Assembly: GCF_018977255.1 (NCBI RefSeq)
Contig: NW_024704742.1
Span: 13,518,001-13,582,000 of the forward strand
Direction: 5' to 3'
From: Callorhinchus milii
Lineage: Eukaryota
Length of the DNA stretch: 64,000 bases
The notes beneath the pieces were generated by a model. The model saw nothing but the letters and a program-made list of their open reading frames with translations, did not search any database and was not told the DNA's origin. Every line of letters starts with the position of its first letter. Within the stretch, counting starts at the first letter, position 1. A program made the position numbers and the translations under genes. Positions 24,345-36,489 of this stretch are shown piece by piece.

Positions 24345-27300
24345 TGTGTGTGTCACTGTGTGTTTGTGGGTATCACTCTGTGTGTGTGTCACTGTATGTG
24401 TCATTATGAGTGTCCATCACCGTGTGTGCGTCACCGTGTGTGTGACGGTGTGTGTGTGCGTCACTGTGTGTGTGCGTGTGTCACTGTGTGTGGGTGTCAC
24501 CTTGTGTCACCCTGCGTGTGTCATTGTGTGAGGGTGTGTGTGTGTGTCACTGTATATGTGTGTGTCACTGTGTGTGTGAGGGTCTCACTGTTTGAGGGTG
24601 TCACTGTGCATGTGAGAGTGTCTCTGTGTGTGTGTCACTATGTGTGTGTTTGTCACTGTGAGGGTGTTGCTGTGTGTGTGAGGGTATCATGATATGTGTG
24701 TTTTTCACGGTGTGTGAGTGTCACTGTGTGTGTGGGTGTCACTGTGTGTGTGGGTGTCACTGTGTGTGAGGTTGTCACTGAATCATAGAATTATACAGCA
24801 CAGAAGGAGGCCAATCGGTCCATCATGTCTGTTGAGGCCTAACCAGTGTTTTATAAAACACTATGTGTCAGGGTGTCACTGTGTGTGTGGAGGTGTCACT
24901 GTGTATGTGGGTTTTACTGCAAGTGTCACTGTGTGTGTGAGGTTGTCCCTGTGTGAGTGAGGGTGCCACTGTGTGTGAGTGCCACCATGTGTGGCTGTCA
25001 CTGTGTGTGGGTGTCACTGTGAGTGTGACACTGTGTGTGGGTGGGGGAGTCACTATGTGTGGGTGTCACTGTGTGAGTGTTGCTGTGTGTGAGGCTGTCA
25101 CTATGTGGATGTTACTGTGTGTGGGTTTCACTGTGAGAGTGTCACTGTGTGGGTGTCACTATGTTGGTGTCACAGTGTGAGTGTCACTGTGTGTGGGTGT
25201 CACTGTGTGTGGGTGTCACTGTGTGTGAGGGTGTCACTGTGTGTGAGGGTGTCACTGTGTATTTGGGTGTCACAGTGTGTCACTGTGTTTGTGAGTGTCA
25301 CTGTGTGTCACTGTGAGTGTCGTGTGCATATCACTGTGTGTGAGTGTCATTGTGTGTTAGCGTTTCACTGTGTGGGTGTCATTGGGTGGGTGTCATTGTG
25401 TGTGAGTGTCACTGTGTATGAGGGTTTTTTTCACTGTGTATGGGTGTCACTGTGTGTGTGAGGTGTCACTGTATGTGTGTGGGTGTCACTATGTCTATGT
25501 GGGTGTCATTGTGTGTGAGGGTGTCACTGGGTGAGGGTGTCACTGTGTGTGTGTGCCAATGTGTTTGTATGTGTCACTGTTTGTGAGGGTGTCACTGGGT
25601 GTGGATGTCACTGTGCGTGAGGGTGCCACTGGGTGTGTGAGTGTCACTGTGCGTTTGAGTGTCACTGTGTGATTGTCACTGTGTGTGGGTGTCACTGCTT
25701 GTGTGTGGATGTCACTGTGCATGAGTGTCATTGTGTGTGTGTGTGTGTCACTGTGTATATGTGTTACTGTGTGTGTGCCTGGGTGCCACTGTGTGTGACG
25801 GTGTCATTATGTGTGTGTGTGTGTCATTGTGTGTATGTCACTGTGTGAGTGTCGCTCTGTGTGTTTCACTGTGTGCGGGTTCACTGTGTGTGTGTGGGTG
25901 TCACTGTGTATGTGAATGTGTCAGTGTGTGTATGGGTGTCACTGTGATTCTCACTGTGTCAATGTGTGGGTATCATTGTGTGTGTGTGTCACTGTGTGTG
26001 TGAGGGTGTCACTGTGTGTGTGGGTGTCACTGAATGTGTGAGGGTGTCACTGTGTGTGTGGGTGTCACTGTGTGAGTGTCACTGTGTGTGTGAGAATGTC
26101 ACTGTGTGGATGGGTGTCACTGTTTATGTCGGTGTCACTGTGTGTGGGTGTCACTGAATGTGAGGGTGTCACTGTGTGTGGGTGTCACTGCGAGGGTGTC
26201 ACTGTGCGTGAGGGTGTCACTGTGTGTGTGTCACTGTGTCTGGGTGTTACTGAATGTGTGAGGGTATCACTGTATGTGGGTGTCACTGTATGTGTGTGGA
26301 TGTCACTTTGTGTAAGGATGTCACTGTGTGTGAGGGTGATACTGTGTATGTGTGTCACTGTGGGTGTTTGTATCATTGTATGTGTGTGGGTGTCACTGTG
26401 TATGTGAGTGTCACTGTGTGTGAGTGTGTCACTGTGTGTGGTGAGTGTCACTGTGTGTGAGAGTGTCACTGTGTGGGAGTGTCACTGTGTCTGGGTTCAC
26501 TGTGTGAGGATGTCACTGTGTGTCTGGGGATGTCAATGTACGTGGGTGTCACCATATGTGTTTGTATGTCACTGTGTGTGAGGGTGTCACTGTTTGTGAG
26601 GGTGTCACTGTTTGTGGGTGTCACTGTGTGTGAGGGTGTCACTGTGTGTAGGTATCATTGTGTGTGCGTGTCACTGTGTAAGGGTGTCACTGTGTGAGGG
26701 TGTCACTGTGTGAGGATGTCACTGTGTGTCTGTCACTGTGTGTTGGTGTCACTGAATGTGTGAGTGTGTCACTGTGTGTGGGTATCACAGTATGTGTGTG
26801 GGTGTCACTGTATGTGTCTGGGTGTCATTTTGTGAGGGTGTCACTGTGTGTGGGTGTCACTGTGTGACGGTGTCAAAGTGTGTGTGTTATTGTGTTTGTG
26901 TCACTGTGTGTATGTGGCTGTCACTATATGTAAAGATGTCACTGTGTGTGTGAGGGTGGCACTGTGTGTGTGGGTGTGACTGTGTGAGGGTGACACTGTG
27001 CAGTGGGTGACACTATGTGAGTTTCACTGTATGTGGGTGTCAATCTCACTGTGTGTGAGGGTGTCACTGTGTCTGGGTGTCATTGAATGTGTTTGTATGT
27101 CACTGTGTATGAGGGTGTCACTATGTATGTGGGTGTCACCATATGTGTTTGTATGTCACTGTGTATGAGGTTGTCACTCTGTGTGAGGGTGTCACTGTGT
27201 GTGGGGGGCGTGTCACTGTGTGTGTGATGGTGTCACTGTGTGTGGGTGTCACTGTGTCTGTGGGTGTTACGTATGAGGACGTCACTGTGTGTGAGGATGT

Positions 27301-30300
27301 CACTGTGTGTGTGAGGGTGTTACTGTGTGTGGGTGTCACTGAATGTGCGTGGGTGTCATTGTGTGTGGGAGGGTTTCATTGTGTGAGGGTGTCACTGTCT
27401 ATAAGGGTGTCATTGTGTGTGTATGGGTGTCGCTGTGTGTGAGTGTCACTGAGCTTGTGAGGGTTTCATTGTGTGTGACGGTGTCATTGTAGGTGTGGGT
27501 GTCACTGAGTCTGTATGGGTGTCACTCTGTGTGTGTGAATGTCACTGTGTGAGGGTGTCACTGTGTGAGGGTGTCACTATTTGTGAGGGTGTCATTGTGG
27601 GTGAGGTTGTCACTGTGTGTGAGGGTTTCACTGTCTGTGAGGATGTCACTGTGTGTGTATGGGTGTTACTGTGTGTGTGAGTGTCTCTGTGTGTGGGTGT
27701 CACTGACTGTGAGAGTGTGCGAGGGTGTCATTGTGTATGAGGTTGTCTCCGTATGTGAGGGTGTCACTGTGTTGGGGATATCACTGTGTGTGAGGGTATC
27801 ACAGTGTGTGTCACTATGTGTCACTGTGGGTATCACTGTGTGAGGATGTCACTGTGTGTGTATGGGTGTTACTGTGTGTGTGAGTGTCTCTGTGTGTGGG
27901 TGTCACTGACTGTGAGAGTGTGCGAGGGTGTCATTGTGTATGAGGTTGTCTCCGTATTTGAGGGTGTCACTGTGTTGGGGCTATCATTGTGTGTGAGGGT
28001 GTCACTATGTTTGAGGGTGTCACTGTGTGTGAAGGTGTCACTGTGTGAGGGTTTCACTGTGTGTGGGGGTGTCACTGTGTGTGCCGATATCACTGTGTGT
28101 ATGAAGGTGTCACTTTGTGTGTGAGTGTCATTGTGTCTGTGGGTATCACTGAATGTGTGAGAGTATCATTGTGTGTCTGAGGATGTTATTGTGTGTGTGG
28201 GTATCATTGTGCGTGTGAGGGTGTCACTGTGTGTGAGGGTGTCATTGTGTGTGTGGGATATCGCTGTCTTTGAGGGTCTCATTGTGTGTGTGAGGGTTTT
28301 ATTGTGTTTGTATGGGTGTCACTGTGTTGTGTGAGTGTCACTGTGTGTGGAGGTATCACTGTGTGTGAGTGTCATTGAGTGTGTGAGAATGTGCGAGGGT
28401 GTCCTTGTGTGTGAGGGTGTTCTTGTGTGTGAGGGTGTCACTGTATGTGAGAGTGTCACTATGTGTGGGGATATCACTGAGTGGGTGTCACTATGTGTGA
28501 GGGTGTCATTGTGTGTGAGGGGTGCCACTGTGTGTGAGGGTACCACTGTGTGGGGATGTGATTCTGTGTAAGAGTGTTACTATGTGTGGGGGTGTCACTG
28601 TGTGTGGGTGTCACTGAGTGTGTGAGGGTATCACTGTGTGTAGGTGTCACTGTGTCTGTGAGGGTGTCTCTGTGTGTGTGAATGTCACTGTGTCTGTTGG
28701 TGTCACTGAATGTGTGGGTGTGTCACTGAGTGTGAGTGTGACTATATATGTGTGGGTGTCACTATGTGTGGGTATCATTGTGTGTGTATTGGTGTCACTG
28801 TGTGTGTGAGGGTGTCATTGTGTATGTGAGGGTGTCACTGTGTGTGGGTATCACTGTGTGTGTATTGGTGTCACTGTGTGTGTGAGGGTGTCATTGTGTA
28901 TGTGAGGGTGTCACTGTGTGTGGGGGTATCACTGTGTGTGAGGGTGTCACTGTGTGTGGGGGTTTCACTGTCTGTGAGGATGTCACTGTGTGTATGGGTG
29001 TTACTGTGTGTGTGAGTGTCTCTGTGTGTGGGTGTCACTGACTGTGAGAGTGTGTGAGGGTGTCATTGTGTATGAGGTTGTCTCCGTATGTGAGGGTGTC
29101 ACTGTGTTGGGGATATCACTGTGTGTGAGGGTGTCACTATGTGTGAGGGTCTCATTGTGTGTGAGGGTGTCACTATGTGTGAGGGTCTCATTGTGTGTGA
29201 GGGTGTCACTGTGTGTGGGGGTTTCACTGTCTGTGAGGATGTCACTGTGTGTGTGGGTGTCACTGACTGTGTGAGAGTGTGTGAGGGTGTCATTGTGTAT
29301 GAGGGTGTCACTGAATGTGTGAGGGTGTCATTGTGTGTCTGAGGATGTTATTGTGAGTGTGGGTATCATTGTGCGTGTGAGGGTGTCACTGTGTGAGAGT
29401 GTCATTGTGTGTGTGAGGATATCGCTGTCTTTGAGGGTGTCATTGTGCGTGTGAGGGTGTCACTGTGTGTGAGGGTGTCATTGTGTGTGTGAGGGTTTTA
29501 TTGTGTTTGTATGGGTGTCACTGTGTTGTGTGAGTGTCACTGTGTGTGGAGGTATCACTGTGTGTGAGTGTCATTGAGTGTGTGAGAATGTGCGAGGGTG
29601 TCCTTGTGTGTGAGGGTGTTCTTGTGTGTGAGGGTGTCACTGTATGTGAGAGTGTCACTGTGTGTGCGGATATCACTGAGTGGGTGTCACTATGTGTGAG
29701 GGTGTCATTGTGTGTGAGGGGTGCCACTGTGTGTGAGGGTACCACTGTGTGGGGATGTGATTCTGTGTAAGAGTGTTACTATGTGGGGGTGTCACTGAGT
29801 GTGTGAGGGTATCACTGTGTGTAGGTGTCACTGTGTCTGTGAGGGTGTCTCTGTGTGTGTGAGTGTCACTGTGTCTGTTGGTGTCACTGAATGTGTGGGT
29901 GTGTCACTGAGTGTGAGTGTGACTATATATGTGTGGGTATCACTATGTGTGGATATCATTGTGTATGTGAGGGTGTCATTGTGTGTGTGAGGGTATCATT
30001 GTGTGTGTATAGGTGTCACTGTGTGTGAGGGTGTCACTGTGTGTGTATATGTGTCACTGTATGTGATGGTGTCACTGTGTGATGGTGTCACTGTGTGAGG
30101 GTGTTATGACTATGTGTGAGGGTATCATTGTGTGGGTGTGACTGTATGTGTAGGTGTCACTGTGTGGGTGTCACTGTGTGTGCGTATCATTGTGTGTATG
30201 TTGGTGTCACTTAGTGTGAGGGTGTCGCTGTGTGTGTGAGGGTGTCACTGTGTGTGTATGGGTGTCACTGTATGTGAGGGTGTCACTGGGGATATCACTA

Positions 30301-30580
30301 TGTGAGGGTGTCGCTGTGTGATGGTGTCATTGTGTGTGAGGGTGTCACGTTGTGTGGGGGTATCACTGTGTGTGAGGGTCACTGTGTGGGGGTATCACTG
30401 TGTGTGAGTGTGTCACTGTGTGGGGGTATCACTGTGTGTGAGTGTGTCACTGTGTGGGGGTATCACTGTGTGTGAGGGTGTCACTGTGTGTGGTTGTCGA
30501 TGTGAGGGTGTCGCTGTGTGTGGTTGTCGATGTGAGGGTGTCGCTGTGTGTGGTTGTCGATGTGTGAGGGTGTCACTGTG
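24345..30580. repeat. ~6.2 kb GT-rich minisatellite (GGGTGTCACTGTGTGTGA-like unit) with higher-order duplications
   Basis: Directly visible. ORFs 28335..28571 and 29534..29770 are near-identical, 1199 bp apart. Confidence 0.95.
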
Positions 30581-31235
30581 TTACTTTGTGAGGTCGTTGC
30601 TTCAGGATATTCACTGCACCTCAGAAACTGCACAGTTGGGTTGAAGCTAAATGGATTTGGTGCTATATCAATCCCAGTATTTATTGAAGACAAGGACACG
30701 TCTCTGGGGAAGTTACAGAAATGAGAAATCAGCAACCCAATCACGAGCCAGAGTTTTAGTTACCACAAAATTAACATGCGATTGTCTCTCATTAACATCG
30801 TAGAAATGACAGCACAGTGTGTGGAGCTCACACTGGAGCCAAAGTGTCTTATAGCTCCTGAAATCCATCAAAACTGCTAATTTGCCTTCACACAGCATCA
30901 CACCCTGTGGTGAACGACTTCCCCACGGGCTTGGAATCAGCCCAGTGTTTTTCCTTTCTTACAAAGTATTTGGCATTGGAACCAGAATCAGAGCCAGGAA
31001 TATCTCAGTGAGACTTCACGTTGAAATGGAATTTAAACTGAATTTCTGATTTGAACCCATGATGGATGAGAGCTTTTCTGCAGGGCAGTTTGACGTGAGA
31101 AATGGAAGTCACAAGAGAGAGGGGAAGGAGTGATGGTAAATGTTGGTGCTCAGCCACTGTGTTGCAGTTTCATGGCATCACTTTGACCTGTTTCTCTACT
31201 CATCTTAGATGTCAATTGAACTGAACTGAGTTTAT

Positions 31236-31382
31236 CAAAAGGCAAAGTACTGCAGATGCTGGAAATCTGAAATCAGTTCTGACGAAAGGTCATCGACCTG
31301 AAACGTTAACTCACTTTTCTCTCTCCATAAATGCTGCCTGACCTATTGCATGTTCCCAGCGACTTCTGTTTATATTTATGAT
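31236..31382 (+). mobile_element. Penelope-like-element-derived short insertion carrying a minimal hammerhead ribozyme motif
   Basis: CTGACGA at 31279-31285, stem AGGTC/GACCT, then GAAACGT at 31300-31306. Flanked by the 10 bp direct repeat CTGAGTTTAT (31226-31235 and 31383-31392). Confidence 0.75.
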
Positions 31383-32138
31383 CTGAGTTTATGTTCTTTG
31401 TATTGCTAATGTGGTGCAGTCCTTTGTGGGGAATTTTTTTATTGAACCAAATGGGGGCCTAGAAGTGTCAACTGTGTAATCTTTTATCAGGAGCTGAGCC
31501 TAAGTAGTGTGTCAGCGCTCAAAGCTCTGAGTACTGACAGTTGTAACTTACGGCAGCTATCCTAATAACAAAATAGAAAACAGTTCATCTTTGTCTGAGG
31601 ATGAAGCCATTCTGATCTGTACTGGGCAGCTTATTACTGAAATGATTTGCTGATGAATGCATACTTTGTGGCTGAATTTTTTCTGCAGTCGAACTATCTT
31701 TGCCTGTGTTAAACTGCAAACTGAAGTGCTCTCTCTGCACAGTCTGGCAGCCCTGCTGCTGCTCATATGACATAAGGACATATGACATTGGCACCTTTCA
31801 CCTGCATGAATGCTACAATACATGATAAAATCTGTCCCAACAAAAAGCTGATTTGGGGTAAAATGGTGCGTTGTCCTGTTTCTGAGCCCAGCCCAAGGCA
31901 ATAGGATCAGATTAACATGTTTCCAGTTGTTCAGACAATCGGTGGTTGTGGACACACTACTTTGCATTATATTGTCACTCCTGTCACATTTTGGGAGTTT
32001 AATGCTGGAGGCAATGTGTACAGGAAATTCCAAAGTCTCCTTGTTAGCAAAAAAACGCTGGTACATACATTATATACATTTTAGTATCTTTGTGAAAAAA
32101 TGCAAACAGAAACTGAGGAATAATTTTAAAAAGAAGGA

Positions 32139-32162
32139 AATAAAAATATATTTAAAAATAAA
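32139..32162 (+). promoter_or_regulatory. Candidate FBXO41 polyadenylation signals (two AATAAA)
   Basis: AATAAA at 32139-32144 and 32157-32162 are the first canonical signals I saw after the stop codon. They end a unique, UTR-like segment at ~30600-32170. No transcript evidence. Confidence 0.4.
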
Positions 32163-32352
32163 GAAACAGTAATTCCTGCAGGAGCTGGCCTCATGAGCAG
32201 TCAGAGGCCACAGCTGAATAGCTTAAAAACTAACACAGTGTAGTTACTACTTTGACTATGATATTCCACACCCCAACAACTGTCCGTGAAAATATTCCTC
32301 CTACCCCCCCCACCTCCTGCTTCCTTGCTAATTATCGTATTGCTAATTATCA

Positions 32353-32680
32353 TGGAGTCCTGTAGTGAAGTGGTTAGAGCACTCGCCTAGCAAGTGAGAG
32401 GACCTGGGTTTGATTCCCGGCAGGGCAAAATGTTAGGCAAGTTTCCACATGCCTAGGTATAGCAGTAAGTAGGAACCCGGTTGTTAGTTGATTGGCGAAT
32501 TGCTGTTCCGGAGGTAATAATTACATCAAAAAACAATAATTGGTCACTGAATCCATGACTGTCTGTACACAATAGGCTGCCGCATTTCGCCAATAAAATA
32601 TATAGTCACAACACTTTACAGTATATTCTATGAAGCGCTTTCAGACATTTTGAAGATGTGATAATGAAAGGATGATTATT
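32353..32680 (+). mobile_element. SINE, long variant
   Basis: Head ggagtcctgtagtgaagtggttagagcactcgc, B box gggtttgattccc, internal gcagtaagtaggaaccc segment, ATT tail. Confidence 0.85.
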
Positions 32681-32734
32681 ACTACATACCTCAATCAGGT
32701 CTGTAAATATAAAAGCAAGTCCCAATGTGTTTGA

Positions 32735-34280
32735 TATGGGAAGGTCCTGTCTGACAAAGTTACTGGAGTATGTTGACAGGAACAACAGGGATTTTCAGAA
32801 GGTTTTCGACAAGGTTCCACACAAACAATTTGTGGCTCAGGTCAGGGGATGTGGGATCAAGGAGACAACAGCCAAATAGATAGAGAAGTTTCTAAAGGGG
32901 AGAAAACAATTGGATGGATAGATATGGTGAGTGATGTACCTCAGGGATCTGTTCTGGAACCCCAACTATTCACATTGTATATCAAAGATTTGGACCTAGG
33001 AATATATAGTGAGAAATATCAAGATGATACAAAGGTAGGGGGAATAGTTCAAAATGAAATACAGGTGTATTTGTATTTCATCTGAGTGGGCAGACAAATG
33101 GCAGATTGAGTTCAATGGAAAAGGTGTGAGGTAGTTTATTTCAGGCGTAAAAATATAGGAGGAACCTATACTTAAAAGGGATAAATCTTAAAGGGGTAGA
33201 AGAACAGAGGGACTAAGTGGTATAGGTTCACAGGTCACTGAAAGCAGTGACCCAGCTGGATAAGATCGATTAAAAAAGCCAATGCAGCCTTAGGCTTATA
33301 GCTAGGAGAATAGAGTTATGAGATCATGTTGAATCTGTACAAAACAATGATCAGGCTACAATCGTAATACTTTCTGCAGCTCCTCATTGTAGGAAAGATG
33401 TAAAGGTGCAGTTACAATAAACATTTACCAGGATATTGCCTGGAATGAGGAAATAGAGTTACAGGGAAAGGCTTGACAAACTGGGCCTGGATTTTCTATG
33501 GAGCTCAGAAGTCTGAGAAGAGATCTAATAGAGGCATATAATATGATGGGAGGCTTAGAAAGGGTGGACAGGAAAAGATTATTTCTGGTGGTAGGCAGTC
33601 TAGAACGAGAGGGCATAGTTTTAGAATCAGAACAGACCTGAAATTCGGAGGAATTTTCTGACACGGAAAGTGAGCATTGAGAGTGTGGCATTCTCTGCAA
33701 CTGTCATTAGTGGTGAGCAGCAACCATGTCTACAGATGGTTAAGAGGGAATAAATTATAATAATAATATCCTTGCATTTGATATAGCGCTGTTTCACGTC
33801 TTCTAGACGTCTCAAAACGCTTCACAGAATAGACTGTAAAATGAATTGACTGTATATTTGTGGGCGAAATGCGGCAGACAATTGTGCACAAACAGTGTCC
33901 CACAAGCAGTCGTGGTTTGAGTGACCAATTTATTATTGTTTTTTTTCTTGAGGGATTATTATCAGGTGTGTGGAGTAAGGAAACTTGGCCAATGTTTCAC
34001 CCTGCCGGGAATTGAACTCAGGTCTCTCGCTTACAAAGCTAGTGCTCTAACCACTGAGCTACAGGAAGTTGAGGGATATGGGGAAAAAGCCGGGATATAC
34101 AAGGGATAGTCCATCCACATTAAAGTATATCCTGTGAAGCTCTTTGAGATGTCTCAACAATGTGATAAGGCACTATATCAAATGCAAGGATTATTTATCA
34201 CAGGAATGGGAACTCTTGTAAAAGTATAAAAACCAGCTGGACTGGATGCACTGAATGGTCTGTTTCTGAGCTGGACCATT
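32735..34280 (+). mobile_element. Old CR1 3' fragment with a minus-strand SINE inserted at ~33755-34065
   Basis: Motifs DFQKVFDKVPH, VPQGSVLEPQLF and DDTKVGG; full SINE with tRNA head on the minus strand. Confidence 0.82.
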
Positions 34281-34559
34281 TATGAATCTATTAAAAATAA
34301 TGAAGGGATTTGGCAGGTTAGAGAGTAGATGACTCTTACTCTGCAGATGGATTATTGGAAAGGCAGATTCTTAAAATTGGAGCTAAAATAATTTTCTGAT
34401 AAAAGCACAGGGATTACATATTACAGTAATCCTGTGAAGTGCTTTGTGATGTCATTTTGGCATGAAAGGCATTCTAGCAAATATCAGGAATTTTATTGCT
34501 ATAACTGAGGCTAGAAAGCTCACACTGAGGCTTGTGAAGATGTTCACCACAAGCTGTAG

Positions 34560-35230
34560 AACCATAGAAATGTATGGCACAGAAGAATGCCATTCAGCCC
34601 ATTGTGTCTATGCTGGCTCCAAGAGCAATTCCTTTCAGTCCCATTTACCTGCCCTATTCTCACACTCCGGTAGTTGACTCCTTTTCAGATATGTCTATTT
34701 CCCTCTTGAAGGCCAATAATAATAATCCTTGCTTTCGATATAACGCCTTATCATGACTTTGAGACATCTCAAGTACTTCCCAGGAAATACTACAAAGTGA
34801 ATTTGGCTGTATTTTGCGGACAAACCCTGGCAGACAATTTTGCACAGCAGTGTGCCACAAAGAATCATGGATTCGGTGACCAAATTATTATTATTATTTT
34901 TAAAGTTATTTATTTTTACTTTTATAGTCCCATAAAAATGATCTGCCAATCGAATAACAACTGGGTTCTTGCTTACTGCGAGGTAAATAGAGGAGTGTGG
35001 AGTAAGGAAATTTGTCCAACGTTTTGCAGTAATCGAACCCAGGTCCTCTCGCTTGCGAGGAGAGTACTCTAACCAATATGGATTCTGCCTCAGCCGGTAG
35101 TGCATTCCATATCCTAACTAGCCTGTGCGTGAAAAACATTCTCCTAATTTACTCCTCATTTACTAACTCTTAAATTGATGCCCTCTAGTCACTGACTCAC
35201 CGACTAGTGGAAATAATGTCTCCCTATTGA
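34560..35230 (-). mobile_element. CR1 3' end interrupted by a long-variant SINE (~34715-35075)
   Basis: CR1 tail complement accatagaaatgtatggcacagaagaatgccattcagccc; FFTHRLVRIWNALP; SINE core in between. Confidence 0.78.
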
Positions 35231-35729
35231 CTCTGCGCAAACCACCTCTGCTCTCATGTCATCTCTTGCGAGTTTGCAACGGGATGCTTCTTAAGGAATC
35301 CATTCATTCCTGCACAGTGACTGCTGCAGGAAAGATTACTTTAATTGTTAATTTGAGGTATTCATCGAACTGTGTCCTGTGAGATCCTATTGTTTGTGAA
35401 TATTGCACGTTGCTATCTGCATCCGAGCTCTGAGACTAGTGGGGACCAACCACATCAATGTGAATATTTATGATATAGCAGTCTTCAACTGAACTCATTC
35501 CTCATTACTATGCTGAAATGTTAACTTGTGTTTTAAAAGTAGATTGACCTTTTTATAAGTATATATTTAGTCTTGATCAGTGATGTTGATTGAAAGCAGA
35601 AATGCCAGTACAATTAAGTAAGTTCAATATTTATATCATGTGCGAGAGATTTTACAAATACAAGTGTATCAAATGTGTCTACATGTAATGAAAGATTATG
35701 TCCATCTACTTCAACCAAACTGCCTTTTG

Positions 35730-35872
35730 TAAACTAGACTGTATCTCTCTAAACTAGACTGTATCTCAAAACTAGACTGTATCTCTAAACTAGACTGTAT
35801 CTCTAAACTAGACTGTATCTCTCTAGACTGTATCTCTCTAAACTGGACTGTATCTCACTAAAGTAGACTGTA
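35730..35872. repeat. ~18-20 bp tandem repeat TAAACTAGACTGTATCTC(TC)
   Basis: About seven visible units, decaying into TC/TATC low-complexity sequence. Confidence 0.9.
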
Positions 35873-36489
35873 CCTTTCTGTCTGTCTGTATCTTTCTCTC
35901 TGTCTGTATCTCACTCTGTTTCCCTCGCTCGCTATCTGGCTGCATCTCTCTCTCCGTATGTCTGTTGGTATATCTCTGCCTGTTATCTGTCTACATATCT
36001 CTCTGTATATCTCTCTGTATCTCTATCAATTAACTTTACAGTACCATGAACTGCTTTGAGACATCACAACAACTGATAAGGCGTTATATCAAATGCAAGG
36101 ATTATTATTACCAGTATCTCTATCCATCTGTATCTGTATCTGTTCTCCTGAGGATATAAAACATTTCTTATTGTTGCCGTGTGTAAAGCACAATTAGACA
36201 TGTGGCTGAGTATGACAATGTGACCGGGTTTTGCAATGTGACAGAGAGGCTTAGACTTGCATTATTTGTACCATTTTCATGAGATGCACTTTTGTAACTA
36301 AACGTTGGCTGTTTATTTGCTTCATTGTCACAAAACGATTCCTTTGTTCCTGTCACTGCCTTTGCTCTGATTACCTGTGACTGGCATTGAATTACACAGT
36401 GCATCATTACAGGATTGAAACAGACCAATCCCCCAACTCGTCCAGGCCAGTGTTCATACCCAATACAAGCTTCCGCCCCTGTAAACACC

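Noticed and set aside
24348..30644. Many Cys/Val-rich ORFs
   Set aside because: Artefacts of the GT-rich tandem repeat.
31557..32066. 169 aa minus-strand ORF in unique sequence
   Set aside because: No recognisable motif or splice context; compatible with a chance ORF antisense to the putative UTR.
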